IMG/VR virus record: IMGVR_UViG_3300005439_000017
Span: 20,020-84,019 of that record
Origin: a virus
Lineage: Duplodnaviria; Caudoviricetes
DNA length: 64,000 nt
Direction: 5' to 3' (one strand)
This document shows positions 10,601 through 17,200 of this stretch, piece by piece. The notes below the pieces were generated by a model. That model worked only from the letters and a program-made list of their open reading frames with translations, was not told the DNA's origin and did not search any database. A program made the position numbers and the translations under genes. The first letter of the stretch is position 1; each line of letters opens with the position of its first letter.

Positions 10601-12374
10601 GAAGATCATTATCAAACGAGGATTGTATAGCAGATTGAACTTGAGCTTTTGTTGCAAAACCTTCTGCTTTAGCTGCGTTATATAAATTACTAAGAGTCTC
10701 TTTGTAAGCCTCTTTCATATTCTCAAATCCTTTAACAGAATTAAGAGCATTAAGCTGGAGTTCTGTTTTCTTAATATTATTAAGAAGAGGGCTGAGATTT
10801 AAAGCCACAGAAGCATTATTAAAGGAAGTATTGATATCGTCATTCAGAGATTTAAGCCTTTTCTCTTTCAATCTCTGTTGAACAAGGTTCTGAAGTTCTG
10901 TTTGTTTTACTTCTTCAGATTTAGTGTTATCGTTATAGATTCTATTAAAAGCATCTTCAACAAATTTGACATCATCCAATCTCGAAGATATCTTAGATCT
11001 AAAATCATCAGGATTAATATTAAGAGCCGAAGTATCTGTGTCTTGAGATTGATTTCTTATCTCATTTTCAAACTGATCTAGTTTCCCTTCTCTAGCTTTG
11101 GTGATAGCTTCCGACATGAAAGTATTATCAGCTATATCGTAGAAAGTTTTCTTATCTCCTACTTCAGCTGCTTGTGCTTGAGCCATATTGTTTCCAAGAA
11201 CTTTATCAAGCTTCGTCCTAATAGGATCTACAAATTCATCAATTCCTTGACTAGCAACAGTGAACACTCCTCCACCTAATCCTCCAAGTAAAGCAGATGT
11301 ATAAAGGTCTGGATCAGAAAGATAGCTAGATATTCTACTACCAGGAGATTTAGATTCAATCAATCCTTTATCTCTTTCAGCATTATAAGCAGATTCTTTT
11401 TGAGCTAGATATTGATATACCTCTTCACCTGCTTCTGTAGGTATTTGTTTTAATAGTTCTGATTTCAGAGTGCTGCCAGCTCTTCTGGCTAGATTAAAAC
11501 TCTTAAACATACTAGCATACTGAAAAGCATCGACACCTAATAATAAAGAGTTAGCATACCAAGTATTTCTACCGGTTTCTCCAGCTATTTCTTTAGCTGT
11601 AGCATCAGCAGATTCAGGATCATATCCTCTTTCTATAAGAGAATTATAAGATTCCTGATACGAGGTTTTAGCAGCTTCATATGATTCTGCTGTATTTTCA
11701 GTAAGTCTGGATAGTACAGCTGCTGTTAATCCTTTAGCTGAATTTACTTTACCTACAGTATTCAATAATCTACCGGCCCCTAAAGCTTTACCTGCTGATC
11801 CTAGTAGTTTTGTACCGGCTGCTGTAGGTATCATCATAGATACTGTTGTAGCCAAATTAGGTAGATTATTAGCCCACCAAGAACTCGATAAAGGATTGAA
11901 TCCTCTATCATCATCTGACATATATACATTAGCTTCAGCAGCATCTTGTGCCTGCATCATGATATCAGAGAACCAGTTATTGAATTCACTCTCAGCTCCT
12001 ATAACAGAATTGTAATGACCTTCAACATCAAGAAGTCTTGCAGAATCTCTAAGTGTTCCTAAAGTTAATTCAAGCACAGAATTATACAATCCCTTACCTA
12101 GATTGGCAAAAGGGTTTTGAGAGTCGGCACGAATAGCCTCATTATCAATACCCTCATAAGGAAGAAATCCATATTCACCATGTGACGGATAAACATTAAA
12201 TTCTGGGGACACTCTTCCAGATCCCGCTAATCCAGTATTAATATCAGATAAGTTTTTAGTACCAGGAATTCCTAAATCTGACAAGGTCTTATAATCAGAA
12301 TTCTGAGCCTTTAGGGACTCAGAAGCCTGTTTGTTGTTTTTATATAATTCCGATAAAGGTATGTATTCTGCCAT
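1629..12374 (-). CDS. Giant virion-packaged multidomain RNA polymerase (crAss-like/phi14:2 gp66 type, two-barrel), ~3,581 aa, with ART-like and zincin domains
   Basis: Catalytic GSDFDIDK (DFDID at 3669-3683), GYRIPTEG, AFVDNAKDP and YTDAQGY motifs, plus zincin TYHEAFH (7593-7607). Start is probably MAEYIPL at 12374, 1 nt after the upstream stop, rather than 12410. Confidence 0.92.
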   Translation of the reverse strand: MAEYIPLSELYKNNKQASESLKAQNSDYKTLSDLGIPGTKNLSDINTGLAGSGRVSPEFNVYPSHGEYGFLPYEGIDNEAIRADSQNPFANLGKGLYNSVLELTLGTLRDSARLLDVEGHYNSVIGAESEFNNWFSDIMMQAQDAAEANVYMSDDDRGFNPLSSSWWANNLPNLATTVSMMIPTAAGTKLLGSAGKALGAGRLLNTVGKVNSAKGLTAAVLSRLTENTAESYEAAKTSYQESYNSLIERGYDPESADATAKEIAGETGRNTWYANSLLLGVDAFQYASMFKSFNLARRAGSTLKSELLKQIPTEAGEEVYQYLAQKESAYNAERDKGLIESKSPGSRISSYLSDPDLYTSALLGGLGGGVFTVASQGIDEFVDPIRTKLDKVLGNNMAQAQAAEVGDKKTFYDIADNTFMSEAITKAREGKLDQFENEIRNQSQDTDTSALNINPDDFRSKISSRLDDVKFVEDAFNRIYNDNTKSEEVKQTELQNLVQQRLKEKRLKSLNDDINTSFNNASVALNLSPLLNNIKKTELQLNALNSVKGFENMKEAYKETLSNLYNAAKAEGFATKAQVQSAIQSSFDNDLQQSFIDRIKLETELGTIKDILKKVETKKGQEEITTALKDDMKSQMRSMVADNLRDNFVSKATVEDLQRLLETPIQGNIAKAIDVPENTLYKDIPELAKIVNDEMDRRRNELTKVETVKQFEKRYFKSVTPDRNFYKSLGERYKDLKAFEMDKAHFEPIFTDLGYTLRSETPEELKDSLSDAREQEIFPEIRKTIDDYFNTENTVKSSIVEPNDIDSIPTTTDLSEALSTQLSNENTSNSPNAVAYNAFSNPVYLENNSVNVGDSVSFNINKSVDVNPFIIRFANANNLDPNELLSYSNNNPYLTAAIEIISGDRIIGFVKAIYTKEIAEANDDIVRFRKALYEGESVEVPTNFTTKAPNGQDSILYRDLVEIYGKEQGKIQYAKLREPNTILQDFSDKYGPLKVDYADPVKYNYSEDMLAWTTNDKFGITIYLSEKFKDRTTKLKDKKILLAGFDSKVSFDLDDNPDLKAKLKTAFTIRQNLENFIIYLYTLGYVQSPDGKIVKFNRTNLERAIDQSVKDKNIMRDINGEPMIFMTAGKEGIEKFKKPGDEGYRKSDAFTGEQGIYFSRDIRQAEKYGRFTDKNTIGEGKDLYYAFLKSKGPYIMGDPLHEARYKLETSITISSDDRRALEEIGFDSVVWNKQSDKGYRPFLEMVVFEPDQIEVIDTYRGKKPITESKIIHKGPGLFNNVDKNKSLKKEEKTEKLSDTLKTKDFSLGYGLQGNIVIPNNEVLQNATSAVNLKDGAVYIPIIGLDGKVRPAKANLRRLTSAEVEYIIDNLNNVTPESYKDISDKINEVTYVGNKSDNTLYIDGATESIIIGSETFRFGDNFNDDYVRNDLSNRLRNVLKSKINGFDEYNDPVTGNSYSNYNDFLSEEFVVTSDLNSQYPFIQPSLHYELPKVVPDLGDIKKPEPYKFPDKVVRKPGIFRRSSATDEKFEPLNSTNELAWVAKNLPFIEDRVQFVDDLRTINSKFGQSAWGLFYDNMIYINRNAPEGTTYHEAFHVVFNLILSNKERESVTTQGTRKYPKITAEEASKLGELYPDLSESEINDIYIEEKLAEDFKRYIINNQSISSLGAKILNFFKRLYQQLKALLSNKIALDEFFYRIDSGIYSQSEKLFKRNINRQNNELLVRQSLVPGFTIKLQRKAIETIDDMFIEAIEELVEQYEVNKGLPVGFIEYGEFLSNNKLNLNIIYDRAIESFQARHADSKGNLPELNQKLVDMFEDMEVNGEKIEGLKTKHKRFLSVYGYNIRVRDLAQDWSEYIENKIQSENEVDIDEPDIDNKERWQYQYFEISGYDKLSAGMKRLVRSLRAMEKKPTLYTDVDGNQQLNYHFKINEFAEYERVNFHETYNFLVRNLAGLDTYADMINEMQELTSFRPEIHQLIDILNESGDDLKSEFYTNFSKSNNKFITVLFSTEVDELGETKKFRVMTSNRKNIRNFIKEEWKNKFIDKFIYIDNNKQAIRHEALAILNNKYKVLKASLETSLKEGKALTDDIIDNYIDVLRAIGINIPKSVFDRYKQSVSVGNLIIPGINEFKTFIYGSTEGTLENLVSSVKSLQNPFLTEDKAIDRLANLVINFNKDIITDSFKNVENKSVYSYNMNTFMTKFLTKIKNGSGVEILKTYLNDPYYSDSRLVKRLINDKNFREKGFDLFVVDGLREQIKGQSGTKYKDFNEKDSWVTKINLFLNNGSKETAVYVLPTPSDNPVIRAISSYRYNENDIVDTYVNQVIVPEIKRIADLYINKIPMDSPLAVKNYIKKGNTKGNGYKLLSTDSAAIQQLAPGLVSSIVNNGAIDPALITQLKSAATEYLTGKAQEFQNKLLDLGIITKDDSNAIQSEFIDPVAIERVYNGSLTKALNRFYINSLIFTGEISRLTIGDTAFYKDVTDASKRSNEINVPGDDLNIDVTGETYNVAILKTEKVDKPAFNGIDYTDAQGYMTLDRYIKIAKATGKYNTKLEESLFKLQSGEATIKDYGIILNPVKGFYYAHSYNEELKKVVPTQIKYSAVPLIPALTKDNPKLDKLRRTMEENGIDEAVFDSAVKAGEINSNNQEDFLNNKDVKYITLSNSYWRWVQNVPEKHIDAHILFGTQIRRLILENVKNDTIYKLKDKELTGREIKDLYQKLIVDNVREDLSATVEEFSDINTLVDMLRDEIDSRNLDDNYEQGLKLITKKDGSQTISLPFNLLTRFEPILTSIFKNGVMSQKTRGIGAVQVSQFGFQDLKYIRNKEGVIEYAECLLPWWTKEVVQPKDIADIDPELLKMVGYRIPTEGKHSMIPLKVVGFLPQESGSMVVLPPEIVSQMGSDFDIDKLYIMLPEFKKQGNDITKIEFNPEAESHTREERDNGILDIIQSILTNPANYNEIVKEGGFAELQKLAGEVRKYKSKAPLIYIDPISQEEFRKRNQAGAGLIGLAANQNTNHALAQESNLYLNNGTITFDGKSETNLSGMYALDLKTLISDNLGQFLAAFVDNAKDPVADDLNINFETFGVAAMIVRAGYSLETASYFISQPILEDYVRFLTIYNEKEAETRIIAKYNIDKLENKVVDLSTETLRRELKDTTNDYQKLVYQTYKQYRKYANSLGLAVSATRADAIRSLPTLAQLNQFLDKVDQSIENKMVSTASVFSEESTYPMVKEFTDVLRVTRDNTARYIPYGNRIFDNFLRQLKDNGDASDTFYYKNISALNNSLISFITTDFDWLKDNTKNLKELLIGEKTLAKRLNKLKGNKDYEDNLFIKLLHTPDYQSNKDVNYITFSGTVGYTKDERNEIIQDFDRLLKDDNTEVASIGKDLVVYSFAVSGVGKSLYSFADFIPTEYLRDIGLIDFQEDIFGKLEQDSLYLQKINRFVEQFIRNNPNSGFVKEVDPKFVIQHKNHYLVVKDGSNVIDTVTYQQEGETFTEKLPKFMVKFDNKLFRLLDKNTFTYEEVGKLVGNEYDINIDNLQSIVVSNNVKVDESKSPVTKQVETLDNTISDTNKDVSDDDIQTLIDHCK

Positions 12375-12375
12375 A

Positions 12376-14355
12376 TTATCTTTTGTTGTGGTGATTATAA
12401 ACTTTCTCAAATGTATTGGGGGTAGCCATATCTGCTTCAGGAATAATTATAATATCACTGTTTTTATTATGTTTGTCTGAAACATTGTATGTACCATCCT
12501 TATTTTGTCTTATATCATAACCATATTTCTTAAACTTCCTCCAATTCTCATTGAAATTCCAAGAAGCAGCATAGTCTTCCTCTGGACTAATCTCTTTATC
12601 TGGACCCATCATTTCGAAATCGTTAGCTCTAGCCCCCTGCCAACTCATAACCTGCGAAGGAGAGACACCAACCTTTATTGGATAAAGCGTTTCTTTTTTT
12701 CCATCTTCATTCACTCTTTCTCTACGATCAGCACCACCAACATTATCTTTTTCAAATCCGGCCTTCTTGAATTCATCTTCATTAACGTATACATTATAAA
12801 GCAGCATAGGTTCTTCTCCTCCGTGTACAGTAGGAACTAAAGCTGTTTGACCAGTAAACTCTTTCTTATAGTTCGTAACATCTCCACCATTAAGTGCTTG
12901 TCCTATAGGTAGCATGTTGAACTTCTCACCAAAAACCACAGCATTTGAATTATTTAATGCATTTACTCCCTGCTTGGAAGCATAATTAGCCAATGCAGGA
13001 TTTGCTGCAGCTACTTTAGTGCCTACTAATATCTTCTGAGCAACATCTCTATTATCTTGCAAATAGTCATAAAGTATATCTCCATATGGATTATCGGGGT
13101 TAGCTCCTTTATCTTCAATCCATTCGTTATAGCTCATTGGCCTTCCTGTTTTCTTTTGTGGATTTTTTGATCCAAACCCACCAGCCATTCCAGGTAGCTG
13201 TTGCCAAGGAGAATCTAAATATTTTTGATATTCCCCCCGAGACCTCTCATATAGATCTCCTCTTTCCCTTTTACCCAAATCTTTATAAGAAGTTGTTGTA
13301 ACAGGTCTACTAGGCATTTCAATAGCTGGACCAGGACTGTATTCTTGCCCAGCAGCTGTTGGATTATAAGATTCTGTCATAGTCTGAGACAATACCGATA
13401 ACTGTGATTTACCATTTAATAACTTTAACCAGCTAGCCGGGACATCTTCATAACCTGCCATAGTATTTGAAATAAATGGTATTCTGCTCCTCAGTAGTTC
13501 TTTCGCTTTATCTCTACCATATGCAGATGCAACTTCTTCTGGAGTATACGGTTGTTGAGTATTGGGGTTAATTGAATTAGCAAATCCAGCGTAATTGGCT
13601 CTAGGATTATTCATGAAATCCATACCAGATCTCCTGAAATATTGATCTCCAGCAGATTCGCTCATAAAACTCGGAAGTATTTCATCTAGTATTTTATCAA
13701 CTTCTTTTGAATTAGGATCTAGAAATTGCCCCTTACCTGTCTGTATTTTAGGAATATAGCCCATTGTACCATCAAGCTTTCTAACAGGGATATTAACAAC
13801 CTTCCAACCAAGATCCCTCATCTTGGCTTGAATATGAGGATGAATTGCCTTATCGGCCTCTCCTATATAGTCCTGAGTCAATTCAAATCCAGGTCTAGTA
13901 TCTTGATAGTTCTGCCAAGAGATCTTCCCGCTAGCATCAAGAAAAGGCTTATCAAACACATCTCTATTATATTCCCATACCTTACCTTGAGCAGCTAGCT
14001 GGTCTCTCATCTTCCTATGCTCCTGTTCCAGACCATATAGATCAGTTAATCCCTTTATTTCAGGACTAGCAGCAGTTCTCCTAGCAAGTCTCCTTATTTC
14101 ATTCTCCATCCCCGGAGTATATTTAGGATACTTTGTCATAAGAGCATTGCTTTCATTAAAGAATTTATTGATTATAGCATTCTTTCCAGCAACGTCAACA
14201 GTTCTAGTAGGTAAAGCAGCCAATCTATCTTCTATAGCCTCTAAAGAAGATCTATTCCTCTGGTATTCTTGTTCCTGTGATCTTGCTGCAGCATCATAAT
14301 ACTGAAAAGGAATAGGTATATAATTGGAGGGAGTATAATTGTCATACAAATTCAT
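12376..14355 (-). CDS. Virion cargo/ejection protein (crAss-like RNAP cassette)
   Basis: 659 aa directly upstream of the vRNAP gene. Its N-terminus (NYIPIPFQYYDAAARSQEQ) resembles crAss-like cargo proteins. Confidence 0.65.
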   Translation of the reverse strand: MNLYDNYTPSNYIPIPFQYYDAAARSQEQEYQRNRSSLEAIEDRLAALPTRTVDVAGKNAIINKFFNESNALMTKYPKYTPGMENEIRRLARRTAASPEIKGLTDLYGLEQEHRKMRDQLAAQGKVWEYNRDVFDKPFLDASGKISWQNYQDTRPGFELTQDYIGEADKAIHPHIQAKMRDLGWKVVNIPVRKLDGTMGYIPKIQTGKGQFLDPNSKEVDKILDEILPSFMSESAGDQYFRRSGMDFMNNPRANYAGFANSINPNTQQPYTPEEVASAYGRDKAKELLRSRIPFISNTMAGYEDVPASWLKLLNGKSQLSVLSQTMTESYNPTAAGQEYSPGPAIEMPSRPVTTTSYKDLGKRERGDLYERSRGEYQKYLDSPWQQLPGMAGGFGSKNPQKKTGRPMSYNEWIEDKGANPDNPYGDILYDYLQDNRDVAQKILVGTKVAAANPALANYASKQGVNALNNSNAVVFGEKFNMLPIGQALNGGDVTNYKKEFTGQTALVPTVHGGEEPMLLYNVYVNEDEFKKAGFEKDNVGGADRRERVNEDGKKETLYPIKVGVSPSQVMSWQGARANDFEMMGPDKEISPEEDYAASWNFNENWRKFKKYGYDIRQNKDGTYNVSDKHNKNSDIIIIPEADMATPNTFEKVYNHHNKR

Positions 14356-14361
14356 AAGTTA

Positions 14362-14392
14362 CAAATATAATGATTTTTAGTGAATTATCAAA
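14362..14392 (-). promoter_or_regulatory. Bacteroidota primary-sigma promoter (-33/-7)
   Basis: TTTG-N19-TATATTTG on the minus strand, 6 nt before the ATG at 14355. Confidence 0.8.
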
Positions 14393-14393
14393 A

Positions 14394-15167
14394 TTATATA
14401 TTGCTATGAGGATAGAGTTTAGGCAATAGATCTAATAACTGCTGATCTCTACCATATCCTTGGAATATATCGCTTAGGTTAGATATAGCTCCATATCTAT
14501 TTCTCCTCACATTAGCTCTATTTCTAAGATTCATATCCTGATACATATTATCATATCCAGCCTGTTCATTTCCAAATCTTCCATAAGCATCAGCCAACCC
14601 TATACCCATTTGATTAGCAGTAGATTGTATTCCAACATCTCCTCTATTTCTATCGCCATAAGTAGAATTAAGCCCTCTAAGAGTTACACCTCTATTAGCT
14701 AGTTTAGTAGCAGCTCTACTTGGGCCTGAAAGATTGCCTTGAGCCCATCTATCAACAGATCTCCCTGAAGACTTAATGTCTCCTATTTGATCTGATACGT
14801 CATATCTAAGCCCTCTTTGATTAGCTATAGAAGTTCTATACTGGTTTAAAGCTTCATCCCTATATGGATTCTGTATTCTATTTATTCTGTCAGTATTGAA
14901 ACTGTCAGCAAATTGCAAACCAGAGCCCAACAGGCCCATACCTAATCCTATATTGGAAGCATTATTATCTACCCAATCTCCAGCTCTTGAAAGAGGATTA
15001 CTATCCCAGAAATCACCAAGTCTACTTGAGAATGGTCTGCTAGGATATTCAAGAAATGCGTCTTGAGGAACAGGTTGTAGTTCAGGTAGAGTTAATCCTC
15101 CTTCGGGGTACATGTAACCTCCTCTAAGGTATTTAGGCGCTTTTTTTATTCTTATTCTTGTCCTCAT
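14394..15167 (-). CDS. Putative internal virion protein (Gly/Asn/Gln-rich)
   Basis: 257 aa with YLRGG and YPEGG motifs, a hydrophobic GLGMGLLGSGLQF segment and a position in the cargo cassette. Confidence 0.6.
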   Translation of the reverse strand: MRTRIRIKKAPKYLRGGYMYPEGGLTLPELQPVPQDAFLEYPSRPFSSRLGDFWDSNPLSRAGDWVDNNASNIGLGMGLLGSGLQFADSFNTDRINRIQNPYRDEALNQYRTSIANQRGLRYDVSDQIGDIKSSGRSVDRWAQGNLSGPSRAATKLANRGVTLRGLNSTYGDRNRGDVGIQSTANQMGIGLADAYGRFGNEQAGYDNMYQDMNLRNRANVRRNRYGAISNLSDIFQGYGRDQQLLDLLPKLYPHSNI

Positions 15168-15705
15168 TATATTTAATTATATTTTTACAAAACCAAATTA
15201 ACTTATCAAACGGCATATCAGACTTCATTTGATTAGCTGCCATACACACAAGTTGAATATTATTTTTAGAGTATTGTTTATAACAATCTATTTTGTCAAC
15301 ACTTACATTTGTATGTACTCTTCCATTAAACATTTCATAAGTCATTTCTATACCACTTAAGGCACAAATACCATTTTGATTTTCCCATATCTCTTTCAGA
15401 ACTTCCCACCCAAAATCTATAACATACCCGCTGGCTCTAGCTCTATCCTTTATTCCATGCCATCTTTCAAGTAGAATTCTGTTCAAATCCTTTTTTCCTC
15501 TATTAGTTAGTTTCTTCTTATTATATGCTGCTTGTTTACATAATTTACAACGATAGTCTTTGTTATCTCTAAACCATCTTGCGTTATTATTATCAAAAAG
15601 ATCTTCTGATAAATATTTCTTACAACAATAACATATTAAATTACCACAATCATCTTTTTGCTTAAATTTAGTTCTATATCTTCTTTTAGACTCTTTCAAT
15701 TTCAT
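15133..15705 (-). CDS. Free-standing His-Me/HNH-like endonuclease with N-terminal Zn-finger
   Basis: CxxC...CxxC motif, then CALSGIEMT...SVDKID...NNIQLVCMAANQMK. Overlaps both neighbouring genes. Confidence 0.8.
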   Translation of the reverse strand: MKLKESKRRYRTKFKQKDDCGNLICYCCKKYLSEDLFDNNNARWFRDNKDYRCKLCKQAAYNKKKLTNRGKKDLNRILLERWHGIKDRARASGYVIDFGWEVLKEIWENQNGICALSGIEMTYEMFNGRVHTNVSVDKIDCYKQYSKNNIQLVCMAANQMKSDMPFDKLIWFCKNIIKYNEDKNKNKKSA

Positions 15706-17200
15706 ATCCCATATTTATAAGGTTTTGTATTTGATTTTCATCTAAATCATGCTCCGATCCTTCTATAAACCCACCATATTCTTTTTTATTCCAGCGCGAA
15801 GCATTTAAAGCGAAGATAGCACGTTTCCTAGTCAATGGATTCTTACTATGAGTAAGTTCTTCTGTAGTCTTCCCAGTACGTTTCTTTAAGGCATTAAACT
15901 TACCTCTATTCTCCGGCTTGATGTGAATAGTTCCTCCGTCTCTGTATTCTTGGGCTTCAGGTTCTTGATACATCTTTGTCATCTCTTGTAACTGGAATAT
16001 CTGTTCAGACTTTACATCATTTCTATCCACTGAATTCTTCAGATACAAATCGTTCGGTCTTATAGTCAGTCTCTTGTCTTGTTTCATTCTATTCCTTTCT
16101 ATTTTAGCCTGATCTTTAGCAAATGTTTTATTCGTTAAAGGATTAATTAATCTATCAGAGGTTATCTTCGTACCTTCAGGTAATGTTGTTTTTATTCCTC
16201 CATCAGCATGACTAGGACCATCAAACATTAAAGTCTGACCATCAGGAGTAATAGCCACCTCTTCCTTTTCAACTTCTGCTGGTTGGTGACCCATCAGTGC
16301 TCTACCATCCCAGTAATTTCTTGTATAACTATTATCTTGCATAAATCCTCCATCTTTATAAAGCAGCCTACTATTTCCATACATCTGTTTAGGATTAGGT
16401 CTTATGGTATCAACTCTCAATTCTGGAGTTTTCATTTCTACCTCTTCAGGAGAATCAAATAAACCCCCTAGATAACTACCAGCATATGCTCCTACTCCAC
16501 CAAGTAGGGGATTTACTGAACCTAGACCTATAGTACCAGCTATTCCTCCTATTGTAGCACCAATACCATATTTAGGTATTTTTCCTCCTTTAGAAAATTT
16601 GTTACTTTTTAAGGATTTGTACTCTTCAGGGCTATACATTTTTCCTGTTTTATGGTTCATATAATAATAGTCGTTTATTTTTGTATTATGTGTTCCATAA
16701 TATTTTCCAAAATCTTTCTCGTTGAATATATAAGGAGATTCACCATTCTGAGGTATAGTATCCACTGAAACTATTGGAGGAATAAGATTAGGCTTAGATA
16801 CAATAGGGGATTCTTTTGTAACTTCAGGTTTGTATAAGACTGGTTGTACAGGTTTCTTATATATTCTAGCTACTGAATTAGGTGTAGCTTTATATGTTGT
16901 TTCAGGTAACGGAGACTTCTTATTTAGCTTTGTTAGGGCATCGTAGGCTTTCTGCCCCTTTATACCTTCCTGGGATTGATAGAAAGCCTTGGTTTGATTC
17001 AACCAAACATCATCTATTATATCAGAAGGTAGCCCTCTAGACATCAACATCTTTAAATCTGCCACATTGTTTTTACTTGAATTATATAGAGCTAAGCTAT
17101 CATTATATGCCTTTATTCTAGGATCACTCTTATTTGATGTATATATTGGAGTCTTTCCTCCATCTGGATATTGCATCTTATCTTTCTTTTTCATTATCAA
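15686..17200 (-). CDS. crAss-like internal virion protein with repeated aromatic-x-x-GG motifs
   Basis: AEVEKEE...GPSHADGG domain and GGTIHIKPENRGKF...KRAIFALNASRW module, both recalled from crAss-like structural proteins. Confidence 0.65.
   Translation of the reverse strand: MIMKKKDKMQYPDGGKTPIYTSNKSDPRIKAYNDSLALYNSSKNNVADLKMLMSRGLPSDIIDDVWLNQTKAFYQSQEGIKGQKAYDALTKLNKKSPLPETTYKATPNSVARIYKKPVQPVLYKPEVTKESPIVSKPNLIPPIVSVDTIPQNGESPYIFNEKDFGKYYGTHNTKINDYYYMNHKTGKMYSPEEYKSLKSNKFSKGGKIPKYGIGATIGGIAGTIGLGSVNPLLGGVGAYAGSYLGGLFDSPEEVEMKTPELRVDTIRPNPKQMYGNSRLLYKDGGFMQDNSYTRNYWDGRALMGHQPAEVEKEEVAITPDGQTLMFDGPSHADGGIKTTLPEGTKITSDRLINPLTNKTFAKDQAKIERNRMKQDKRLTIRPNDLYLKNSVDRNDVKSEQIFQLQEMTKMYQEPEAQEYRDGGTIHIKPENRGKFNALKKRTGKTTEELTHSKNPLTRKRAIFALNASRWNKKEYGGFIEGSEHDLDENQIQNLINMGYEIERV

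Noticed and set aside
12375-12410. Track-given longer starts (12410, 22536, 25187, 25474, 28032, 48015, 58949, 61280)
   Set aside because: They overlap upstream genes, promoters or tRNAs. Downstream ATGs give translational coupling and family-like N-termini.
15133-15705. Group I intron housing the HNH
   Set aside because: No non-coding flanks are available because the ORF overlaps both neighbours, and no P7/catalytic core sequences were recognised.
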